A stretch of 63,945 nucleotides of DNA, the filler included, from Squatina squatina (lineage: Eukaryota), in NCBI GenBank assembly GCA_031763465.1. It is 4 parts of 4 records of this genome, joined end to end, with 100 filler letters (N's around TTAATTAATTAA, not from the genome) between each part and the next. Parts side by side here need not be neighbours in the genome. Positions count along the whole stretch, not along the records: positions 51,808 to 63,945 come from JARFOE010000230.1; 3 more parts are not named here. One strand, written 5' to 3'. Positions 51,808-63,945 of the stretch are shown here, one piece after another. The position numbers and the translations under genes were made by a program. Below the pieces are notes generated by a model. It searched no databases and was not told where the DNA came from. It saw nothing but the letters and a program-made list of their open reading frames with translations. Within the stretch, counting starts at the first letter, position 1, and every line of letters starts with the position of its first letter.

Positions 51808-52630
51808 CCGGCCCCCCCCCCCCAATATTCTTCAGGGATACTTGCTGAACTTACATTCTTTCTTCAGTTTCTTTAGCATTCCAGCAGATGGCACTCAAGA
51901 ACTTTCTGAACCTCAGTAAATGGATGCTTCTTCACTCCATAATGCAATTTAATACAGTGCATTATATTTAGAAAGACATCAGCTGCACAACTGACTGAAT
52001 GTTCTCATTGCAAAATATCCAACATGGGAATTAATGCAACTACAGTATGATGGCTAATCATCACTTCAATTTTAGATTCTTCATTTCACTCACTGCTGAG
52101 ATTTGAGAAACGTCCACAAGAAACCGGTTTTCCATTTTCACTGCAAGTTTTAATGTGGCATAAAATACTTATGACTGAACACAAAGCTGCCAACACAGAT
52201 TCCCATAGTGTAGAAATTCATTAAAAAGGAATAAAAATAAAACTATTATTCCTATATTTAGGCTTTGTAGATATGTAATATTTTACAACACCGGTGTTAC
52301 TGGATAGAAATTTTATATACAGCCTTTTTAAATATCAGTCTTCCAATTACACCTTTTCCTGAATATAAACCAAAAAAGCATTTTTTCTTGGTAAATCTGA
52401 GTTCAACGTTTGGGTTGGTTATAAAGAATCTCACTAGTGCATGAACTAAACCAAATTAAAAACACATTATTTCCCAGTCTGTACTTAGTTGTAGTCAAGG
52501 GTCACTTGCAATACTTAACTACCAATGACATTAACAAAACATTTAGGGCATTCTGAGCATCAGCATTTTACCCACTAGGCTCTGTTAACCAGAAAATAAC
52601 ACTCCAGTACTTTTACTGGGCGAAAGTCTA

Positions 52631-53023
<393 letters not shown>

Positions 53024-53045
53024 CTACACAGGAAATCTTACATCA

Positions 53046-53234
<189 letters not shown>

Positions 53235-54383
53235 CTATCATCAAAGAACATTCTGTTAAAACAAATTCCTATTTTCTAGAATTAAGAGCTTATTCATTAT
53301 TGAAAGTCTTTTCATTTTTCTTAAAAACTACATAGTGGTGCATATTGCTTAAAACAGAGTATTTTCATTCTTCAATAGTCAAAACAGTGTCACACCAAAA
53401 AAGTTCCCTCTGACTGATCACATTCCATTATATTGTGTGCTGCTTCCAAGTTCCATATTCATAATCAATGTTATGAAAAGAACTCTATTTTTAAGTAATT
53501 TGGTACAGCTTTTTAAAAAGATGGCAACACATTTACTGCTACTGCTCTTTTACATTTTACAGTTTGGTTTTATAAACTGAGGTTTGTGATTTGCTTTGGT
53601 CAACATTTTTTGAAATTAGCAATTTATCATTTTAGTAGATTTAAGTACAACCGAGACCGATGTTTCCCCTCTTTCCCCTAGCTCAAAGTGCTATACATGA
53701 ACTGGGGTTGGGCACTCTGAGAAGAGCCAATTGGATGCAGATGTACATTATATAACAGAAAACAAACTGGAACTCGTTAGTCTCATTTAGATGGACATTT
53801 GAACATATTACACCAGTGCAACAGGGCTGCTCTTCTAAGATTAGTCATGGCATATTGTTTGGGCAGAGCAGACAGAACTTTATACTGCACCTAACCAACA
53901 AGGCTCAATGTAAACATATGTTCACCAAAAGGAGATTGAAAACAAATCTGGTTGTAAGCTTGCAGGCTGCCCTTTCAGAAAATGGATTGAGTTTTCACAT
54001 TGTTTAAGATGTCTCCAGTTATTTTGAATCTCTTTTAAAATGGAAAACTAAGAAAAAACATCTAATATAGACTCCCTCTTGCATACTTACAATTTCATGT
54101 AGTTTAATTCTGAAGGCAACTTGAAGTAAATTTGCATGAAACAGCACAATAATCAGCTTTGGTTAGAACAGGTAAAACAAATTTGATACTGTTACTAATG
54201 CTGTACAACCATTTTTTTTAAAAACACCAAAATTTAGTCAAAATATATGGGATTTTCAAGTTATAAAATGCTGTTATATCCCCTTGTTACTGCAGTTCTG
54301 TCGTGGAATAGCAAGAAACTAATTTTCCCATACAAGCTATGGGGTTTTAACTGTCTGTTTTAACAGGATGCAATACAAGTAAT

Positions 54384-54780
54384 GTCAGCCGTGGCAAGGT
54401 CAGTAGCACTCTTGCCTCTGAGCCAGAAGATTGTGGGTACAAACCGACTCCAGACACTTGGGCACATAATCTCGGCTGACACTTCAGTGCAGTACTGAGG
54501 GTATCGTCTTTTGGATGCCCCTCAGGCAGGCAGAAAAGATCACATGGTACTACTCAAAAGAGGGCTGGGGAGATTTCCATTATTTATCTCAATCAAAATC
54601 ACAAGCAGATCATCTGGTCATTTGTTTCAGTGCTGTTTGTGGAATCTTGCTGTGCACAAATAGGTTGTCAGATTTCCCTACATTTTGACAGTGACTACAC
54701 TTCAGAAATACTTCACTGCCTGTGAAGAGCCATGGGATGTCTTGAGGGGGTGAAAGGTACGATATGAATGGAAGTTCTTT
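54384..54780 (+). mobile_element. Deu-SINE with internal deletions
   Basis: Same family as 15109-15570 (cagtgactacacttcagaaatacttcactg tail). Confidence 0.8.
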
Positions 54781-55233
54781 ACAGGGAAGAGCGGCAATTT
54801 GGAGGGCAAGCAGATCCATTGACAGATACACCTTCCAGTGTCTGGTGTAGCATACTACTGCAAAGATCTGCGAATAGCTCAGCTATCTGCCCTCGACATC
54901 AAGAAATACAGGATGTAAAAAAATATAACCACCGGGGGGCGGGGAAAGAGAGGAGAGAAAAAAGAGGCTGGAGAACAGAAGCAGAAAATGAATATAGTTA
55001 CAAACTCCAATTATGCTTCAGCAAACAACAAAAAACAAGCTTCCCGAATTACTTGCATCGCACTGATACAACAGACAGATGGATGCTCTATCATTCAATT
55101 AAAAATTAACATTTGTATCCATATAAGAGTGTGAAGTGTTTTCACATACTTGATGAAAAAATTATATATATTTTATTTTACATCATACAACACTGGTTAT
55201 CAACTCTCTTCCTCTCATTCTAAATGTTGGTCA

Positions 55234-55530
<297 letters not shown>

Positions 55531-57460
55531 TTATTCATAGTAGCACTCACTTTGAAAATAGTATAGTGTGATCAAGCTGCAGTATGGGAGAGGAGAACAG
55601 TATAATAAAAGACAAGGACGAGGAACATATACAATGCCTTTAACATAGATAAGACATCCTAAGGCACTATACGGAGGGGAAAAAAGGAGCAGGTATCAAG
55701 CCTTTGAGGCGGGGTTAGGAGAGATGACCAAAGAAAGGATGTGTTTTGACAAGACTTAAAAGCAGGGAGGGTGTACATGGATATGTAGTCGAAGATTTAA
55801 AATTTGANNNNNNNNNNNNNNNNNNNNNNNNNNNNNNNNNNNNNNNNNNNNNNNNNNNNNNNNNNNNNNNNNNNNNNNNNNNNNNNNNNNNNNNNNNNNN
55901 NNNNNNNCCAAAAATTCAACAGTAAACTGACAAGCACAAAATATATATGTGACATATCACTTCAACATTGTAACATACTCTTAAAGATTAATTATTCTAC
56001 ATATAAATGGTAGAATTACCTGGTAATCATTGTAGGTTATTCCCTGAAACAAATGCAGAAAATACCTCAAATTTATTAACCTTATATGAACATCGAGGAC
56101 CCAGAGCATTCTGATAAAGTATCCCACCTAAAATGTTAAACTCTCTCTTTCGGATGCAGACTAACTTACTGTGAAATTTCCAACATTTCTCCTTTTAGCT
56201 CAAGTCTCCAACATTTTAGCCAGGGTTGGGGGTGGGGAGGGGGAAGGTTCCTTTTACCTCAAGGACCTGGAGTGTGTTGACAGCTCTCAGTCATACTGAC
56301 AGCTGCTGTTGGCACTAAGGCAAATTAAAGTCGGAACAACACCCCCCATATAAAACTGCAGAATACATTATAAACTTCAGAGGGAGGGAAATGATTTCAA
56401 GGGTGTAATCTATACCCAAGTTTCAGACGACAGCTGTAAATTGCTTAAATGTTGCTCTTGTGGTCTGGGCGGGGCAGTGTGAAACCTGTAGCTTGGCAAA
56501 GAGGCTTCAATAAAAGGGTAAGGAGTCATGGTCTGTAAGCCAGGTTCCTGTCAGCTCCAGATTTTCCCTCACTTAAGGAATGGTTGGAGAGGCCCTTGTT
56601 TGTGAGAAAGCAAAAATTCTGAGAGGGCGATACTATGTGGACCAGCTGTTGATGACCCGCCAGTGGGAGCTTTTGGCAAGATGAAAAAGAGGAACGAGGA
56701 GGAGGTTATGCCCTGAGGACCAAGCTGGTTGCCATTAACAGGGGACGAGGCAGTTGGGGTTGCTACTCTGCTCGAGTCAGTGGCTACTACCATGGGAATA
56801 CCAAGACTGGAGCAGAGGAAGACATTGATAATAGACTTAAGTCTGGGGCAGCAGCAAGAGAAAGAAGATGGGAGATACGAAAAGAAAAAAGGGAATAAGA
56901 AACGGGAGACAGNNNNNNNNNNTGGAATAGAAAAAGTGGGTGGTGCAGGGTCAATGGGAGAGATCAAGAGATGCGGTTTTGAGTCCTAGTGGCAGCCGAA
57001 ATAGGTGAACATGGAGATCTCTCATTACATAGAAAAGGAACAGATTAGGCACAGCAAGAAAGTCTGAAGAGGAGCTGATTAGTAGAAATACTAGTGGCAG
57101 TATGGGGCTGGTTGAGAGTCTGCAAGGAGAGTGAGACATTCTGGGACTGTGAGGAAGGTCAGAGGAATGCAATGCCTCTGAGGAAGGTCATAAAAAGGCA
57201 GAGGATGACAATGCTGCATATTGCCATCTCCAAACCTTTACTTATAACATGGTAAAAATGCTGTGCATCACGTTGCAGATCACCTGCATCTCACTACTCC
57301 CTCTCTCAAATCTTCCTCTGCACCATTTCTCTCTATCTTGAAACGCATCTTTTTAAATGAAGATTCCTGTCACCTCTCCTAACTCTCTCAGCTTGACTTT
57401 AATTTACACTGTAATAAATTAACATTTGGAGTGCAGAAACATGGGTTATCCAGTAGCTTA

Positions 57461-57703
<243 letters not shown>

Positions 57704-59667
57704 TTAAAGTTCCCTTATCCTTATACAGATTTTATCTTTACATCTTACACAGATACAATAAACAGTAATTTTGGAAAGTGCCTAATGAGCAAGAATATTT
57801 AAAATCCAATTTCACAAGACTCTTGCATTAGTGCTATATTTTATATTAGATACACAAACGCACACTTTCAGTTGCCAGTTTCACAATGTAGATTTTAAAA
57901 CTTACAAGAATGTTTAAAGAAACTGCATATTGCTTTTCTGGACCTTAACCTGTGTGGCTCACAATTACGTGCAGTCCAATGCTTTATTTTGTGCAAGTCC
58001 TTGACCTCAATCTTTCAGACAGTTGTTATAGCAATTCGTACTGCAAAAGTTAGCCATCTTATGTAGGCAACATTACATCTACAAGGTTCAACAAACCAGC
58101 TGGCGATTCATTTTTAAAACCGGACTGCGAGATTTTTTGAAAACTATGAAAATAAAAAGTGAAGAATCATTGAAGATCAATTTGACATTATTTCTCTTTC
58201 ACGGAAAAAAGATTTTCAACAACTGTATGAAATTAGAAACATAGAAAATAGGAGGAGTAGGCAATTCAGCCCTTCGAGCCTACTCCGTCATTCAATAGGA
58301 TCATGGCTGATCATCCAAATTCAGTACCCTGTTCCTGCTTTCTCTCCATATCCTTTGATCCCTTTNNNNNNNNNNNNNNNNNNNNNNNNNNNNNNNNNNN
58401 NNNNNNNNNNNNNNNNNNNNNNNNNNNNNNNNNNNNNNNNNNNNNNNNNNNNNNNNNNNNNNNNNACTCAAATTCCAAATGCAGTGACCACCACCACAAG
58501 GATAGAATCTTCCCCCACCCTTCCCTTCCCTTGAAAAAGGAAAATGTGGGTGTGGTGCTTTTGTTCAAACAAATCTCCCTTTTATAGAAGAAAATAGTCT
58601 TACTTTAACTTTCTTTTGACAGTGAAGATAAAACGTAACTTTGTCAATAGAGAGGCTCGAGCAATGTCACCCTCACTACTCGGCAATTTCAGTAGTATCA
58701 ATTGCAGAGAACACCCAGAGTGGATACTGGAGCAACTTTATTACAAACAGCAAAGCAATAATGCACAAGCTAGGAAATTTGCATTCCCAGCCTGCTCCAG
58801 AGCTACACTTAGGCTGGCTTGATGTTGCAGCTCCCACTGTTTGCAAAGCAACCGCTCTGGGACATTCTGAGTAAGGGACTTCAGCAAAACAGCCTGGTAG
58901 GGAAGGGGCCCCTACTCAAGGGCCTCCAAGTCAGCAACAAAGTTTGTCTTCTGTGGGGTGGGGGATGCACTTCGGAAAAAAGTTCCCCACGACTATCGTT
59001 CTCCTTTAAGGTTCAACAAAAACAGTAGCTTCTGTCCAAAGCAGCTCTCTTGCTCCTCCTGGAATGAACACAAAAGAGATTGAAAGCACCAATCGATAGG
59101 AAGCTGCTTGTAAAGCTTCACGTCACATCTGTTCAAAAACCAGACTCTAATTCATTAAAGCTGCTCATGTAATGCCTTTGGAATTTGAGCCTTCTCAGTC
59201 TCCGAATACAAAGACAAAACTCCTATGGAAATATAGCTTTTTTCTTGTCTTTTGTCAGTGAAACAAAAGGTAACTACATGACATGCTTAGGGGGTCCTAA
59301 TTTTTTCTTTTTTGTCACATACAATGAAAATAAAAAAATTAAAAAGAAATGTAATCACCACTACTGATTCTCACACATTGATTACATGGCCTGCATGCAG
59401 ATTACAGTATCAACATTATCTAAGCTTTAGTTGTATAACTCACACTTAGGCAACTTCAATGGACTGAAACTACATGTGCAATTTTAGCTTGTACTATTTT
59501 TCCCAATGCCCCCCACTGCGTGACAAAGTCTCAACAAATGATACTTTTATTCAAACTCTTCCGTTTCTCAGGACATTAGTTTCGATTTATAATTACATCT
59601 CACTATGCTGCTTAAATATATGCTAATTAAAGTGGTGTAGTTTTTAAAATCAAAAGTTATTGCAAAA

Positions 59668-59777
59668 GGCCATTCAAAATTCTGCATATGCACAAAATCT
59701 CGCATTCAAAAGTTGGTAAGCGGCCTGGCCAGAGCCTCCAGACAGCTTCCTGGCCGAGCAGCTTAGCGGGAACATTG
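59668..59777. mobile_element. hAT MITE, one-ended copy
   Basis: ccattcaaaatt...gcttagcgggaacattg matches one end of the MITE family. Confidence 0.5.
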
Positions 59778-60390
59778 TTGGACCATAAGCCAATGTAGGT
59801 CAACGAGCGCAGGGATGATGGGTGAACGGGACTTGCTCTGTGTCAGGATATGTGCAGCAGAGCTTTGGAGGAGCTCAAGTTCTCATGGGTTCCAAAACCC
59901 AGAGGGTAAGCACATGAATGTCTTACACATTGTTGTGTTGTTACATTTCTTTTCCTCATTTGAAGCACATCATTGTTTTGCACCACTTTTCCGTGTTGCC
60001 CATTCTTGGTCGCTGGTTGGCAAGTGGCCTTTTCAGTTGTTTGCTGATGAATGGGAAGGCCTGAATTGACGCAAATAATGGGGAGATGTGAAAGGCATAC
60101 TTGGTTGATTGAAGGATTACTTTGTGTTGGTGGCATTGGGGCATGGTGGGGGCAAAAGGTGGCTTGTAAGATGGGTGTACTGGTGGAACCTAAATGAACC
60201 TTGCAATAATCAGTACATTCTGGGCAGCAACGTGCGCCACTGGTGGTGCATTGCCCTATCACCTTCCGCCTCGTCTTCCTCCTTCTTCTCNNNNNNNNNN
60301 NNNNNNNNNNNNNNNNNNNNNNNNNNNNNNNNNNNNNNNNNNNNNNNNNNNNNNNNNNNNNNNNNNNNNNNNNNNNNNNNNNNNNNNNNN

Positions 60391-60455
60391 CCTCAGAACC
60401 CACAACTCTGGAGTGGAAGCAAGTTATCCTCCACCCCGAGGGACTGCCTAAGAAG
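60391..60455 (+). mobile_element. RTE LINE 3' tail
   Basis: Near-identical to 2984-3046. Confidence 0.65.
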
Positions 60456-62589
60456 AATCTCATTGGTTAAGGAGATACATTGTTTGTCCAGTTGCACACC
60501 AAGGTCCCAGATGCCCTGTTGCACTCTCTGCGCCTTTGTCAGCTCGCACTTCCAGCAAACAATTTAAAATCCTAAACAAGCAATTTTGAGTCTAACTAAC
60601 GGAGCACACTGTGATATTCCTTGCACCAGCAAAATCCAGTCTAATAAATTTGTCTCAAACAATTGAAATCCACTGTTTAAATATGCTATTTGTGATGGAA
60701 GCAAAACTTCCTATAGCTTAAAAAACCTTAATTTATGTCCAATTTACTCTCTGCCATTATTTGAACGTGCAAGTTAGTAAGGCAAGAAACAGGTAGTCAA
60801 TAATTTCCAAGCATGGTTATTCAGGGATCACTGCCCCCTCAAAGTTAAAGTGTAATCTTGTTTATGCACCAATAATGTTGTTTAGTAGAAGGTCCGGAAG
60901 AATAACCTGAGTTGGCAGATTCTTAAATTTTTCGTTGTGGTGTGCTGCATGTTAAAACTTATGTACAAGGTTAGCACTTAAAGCAGCAAATGCATTGATC
61001 AAATAGATTCATCAACTGAATATTTTTTTCTGTGAGATTGTAGAAGCATTCTGTTGTGACAATATCCTGCACAAAAGTTTCCTATACACATTTTAATATT
61101 GCTGCTGATGATTGGTTATTGTTACCGTGGAGCATTAAATCTGTTATGTTTATAGATAGGAATTGTTTCAGGAAAAGGACTTGGAATGCATAAAGGATAT
61201 ATAGGCCCTGAAACTGCGATCTCCCAGGGTGGAAACAATGTTCCCACGCACCCGAGGAGACTTCTCAAAAGCCGGTTATGGGGCTGTACATCGTANNNNN
61301 NNNNNNNNNNNNNNNNNNNNNNNNNNNNNNNNNNNNNNNNNNNNNNNNNNNNNNNNNNNNNNNNNNNNNNNNNNNNNNNNNNNNNNNNNNNNNNNTCCCA
61401 GCACCAACTTCCTGGTATTGGTGTTAACTATTGCACATGACACCAATTTGTGTGAAATAGCCGAACAGTTTAATTCTCGATTGTTTCCCCACCCAGTTAT
61501 GATGAAATGGCTTCACTCTGTGCATTAAAAAAATCCTGGCAAATCCACAAATCTATAAAAGCACAACTTTATTTATCACAGTTTGATATTATCGACAGTT
61601 ATTCAGACTTGAGTGTGCAACAGGCGATGTAGTCGGGGCAAGATGCCAAAACACACAGGCCCTGTTCATGCACAATACAATATTGAATTTAATAGATTAC
61701 ACATTAATACAAAAGTAAACAAGCCCTCTCGAGCATGATCATGAGTGCTTATTATGCTACTGCTCTTCATGTGTCATGACTTTTAGTGGGAAAAATATTC
61801 AGTGCTGGCTCGAAGCTGGCTGCAGTGAGCAACATTGTCCTTCTTAAAAAAAAGAGAAAGCAATTCAGTAGAGGAAAAAGTGTGTCAGGGCAAATACACA
61901 GATAAAATGGATCATTTACCATAAGCCTTTGAGGCATCAGAGCCTTCATTGTTTGAGGAAGGCAAATAGTGTGTAAACTTTAATCAGCAAACAAGCAGCC
62001 TTCATTCTTCAGTGAACAGATCCTCCTTCACATTTTACATACATCAAGTGCCACGTGACCACCTGCATTCAAGAAAAGATAAAATCATCAATTAGTAACT
62101 CAATGACGAGTATTTCAAAATTACAGGAGACAAAATCAGGAAATTAAACTGCTTAACTTTAGTAAAACCAGTTACATCTCCAAACTATTGCCTGATTATG
62201 TGAATAGTACATTGAAACAATTCTTTTCATTTTGTCCCAAAAACTCAAGTGACATACGAAAATGGTTTAGTTAAAGTCATAACCATCGTTTTCTCAAAGA
62301 GCTTTTCATTAATGCTCTCCCCCTCTCTTTTTAAATCTGTTTTACAAAAAGGTATTTCATTTATTTTCAGCTGTTATATTTTAAAACAATCATAAAATGA
62401 TTTTAAGAGAAAGTTCACATGGCCCCTGGTTTCTTTACATCGAAGCTTGCTGCAGTAACTGAATTATATCCAATAAGTTTCCCACTGTCAGATACACATG
62501 ACTTTGCAGAATGCAAGTGAACGAAATACACAGCTGACAGTATTGTGCAATTGGTAAGGATGTGGAAGAATAGAGTGGATAACAATCGG

Positions 62590-62990
62590 CACCTTTGTAG
62601 CATCTCAGCCTTTAATGCAGAAAAATATCCTAAGACACATAATAGATGAAAAGAGGAATGGGCGTAGTGCCTTTGTAGGAAATTGAGAAGGGCTTGGTCA
62701 AAGATATGGATTCTCACAAGGCTTTTAAAGGCACAGAGGATGAGATCGAGGGAGGCAGTTCCAGTGGGTGGGGCCCAGACATCTGAAGGCTCTGTCGCCA
62801 ATAGTACAGTGGAAGGAGGGGGAGGGACATACATAACATCAGAGACAGAGGACTGAGAAGAAGAGGGAACATAAAGCTGGAGGGGGTCGCAGAGGTAGTA
62901 CGGGGCAAAGCCATGGAGAAATTTGTAGATGAGGATGAACATTTTCAATTCATAAGGCCTTTGTGGGGGATAGGGAACAAGTTTAGGTTT
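62590..62990 (-). mobile_element. Old L2 3' fragment
   Basis: LKMFILIYKFLHGFAPYYLCD motif. Confidence 0.6.
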
Positions 62991-63945
62991 GTGAGATGGG
63001 TGACAGGTATCCCAGAAAATTAACCAGCAGCAGTGGAGAGAGGTAGCTGAGCAGGTCAATGCCAGTAGCCACTTCCTCGGACCTGCCTGCAGTGCAGGAA
63101 GAAATTTAGTGACCTTACCAGGATTGTCAAAGTAAGACTCCCCTTTACATCTCTCTTACTCTCTNNNNNNNNNNNNNNNNNNNNNNNNNNNNNNNNNNNN
63201 NNNNNNNNNNNNNNNNNNNNNNNNNNNNNNNNNNNNNNNNNNNNNNNNNNNNNNNNNNNNNNNNCTAAATATACTGCACAAAATATTCACTCATTCACTG
63301 CATATCTATCATCTCACAAAAAAAGGCTGCCTTCAATAGAAGGCACAGAGCAGACAGGTGGAGGCCCCAGCAGGCTAAACTTCTCACCTCCTTTGAAGAT
63401 GCTATCACGGAGGTCATCAGTTGGGAGGCTATACACGGTGTGGGTGACATGTAAGTTGAATGAGAGGAATACATTCCAGCTATGTGCAATTATAACTGCC
63501 TACCTCTGTGCAAAATATGTTTCCTCAGGTGTAAAGCAGTGACTATTATTCCGCAAAATGTGCTATGTACTGCTGTCGAAGCAACAGCATGCCTAACTAC
63601 ATGCATTGACATATCATTTTCTGTTTCTTGTGGCAAAATTCTCTCAACCGGAGCAGCAGCAAGGCAGGGCCTCTCACCAACAAACCTCACTCTGGCAATT
63701 AGCATCACCGCCATGTGAAGCAATCAATAGCCTAGAGACAGCCACTCTGAAGGATTTTATGGATTTGCAGGAAGAATTGAAGGGTTTGTCACAGCTCACG
63801 GCTGTAGAAGGGCCAGAGGTGCAGAATGAAGGACACATAGTTACTGTTGAGCAGAGCATGCGTCAATCACTTGTCTCATTGTAGATTATGCTGCAAACTA
63901 GGTTTGTTTCAGCTGAGAATGCTACTTGAAGGGGAAAAATCTGCT

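Noticed and set aside
62415-63059. 214-aa ORF
   Set aside because: It overlaps an L2 remnant and has no coherent domain

Overview
Vertebrate nuclear DNA, most likely from a shark or other elasmobranch. That assignment is inferred from Deu-domain SacSINE1-like SINEs, CR1/L2/RTE LINE remnants and exons close to human orthologues. The assembly is heavily gapped and homology-scaffolded. Three synthetic N44-TTAATTAATTAA-N44 linkers (19121-19220, 37630-37729, 51708-51807) join four unrelated gene scaffolds: (1) the 5' part of WNK1, minus strand; (2) ASAP1, minus strand, with an isolated perlecan (HSPG2) exon inside it; (3) PDE11A 5' exons on the minus strand plus two RBM45 exons on the plus strand, with an isolated MIB1 exon antisense in a PDE11A intron; (4) FOXK2 exons 2-5, minus strand. 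Introns carry many LINE/SINE remnants, a hAT MITE family with 8-bp TSDs, a hairpin-rich repeat whose two copies show compensated changes, and a 1.6-kb 43-bp tandem array. I found no prokaryote-type system such as CRISPR or a defence operon, and I cannot support a new biological system from this sequence. The best leads are the gap-free PDE11A/MIB1 juxtaposition and the compensated hairpins; several oddities are probably assembly artefacts. Gene identities come from recalled protein sequences rather than a database search, and repeat boundaries are approximate.
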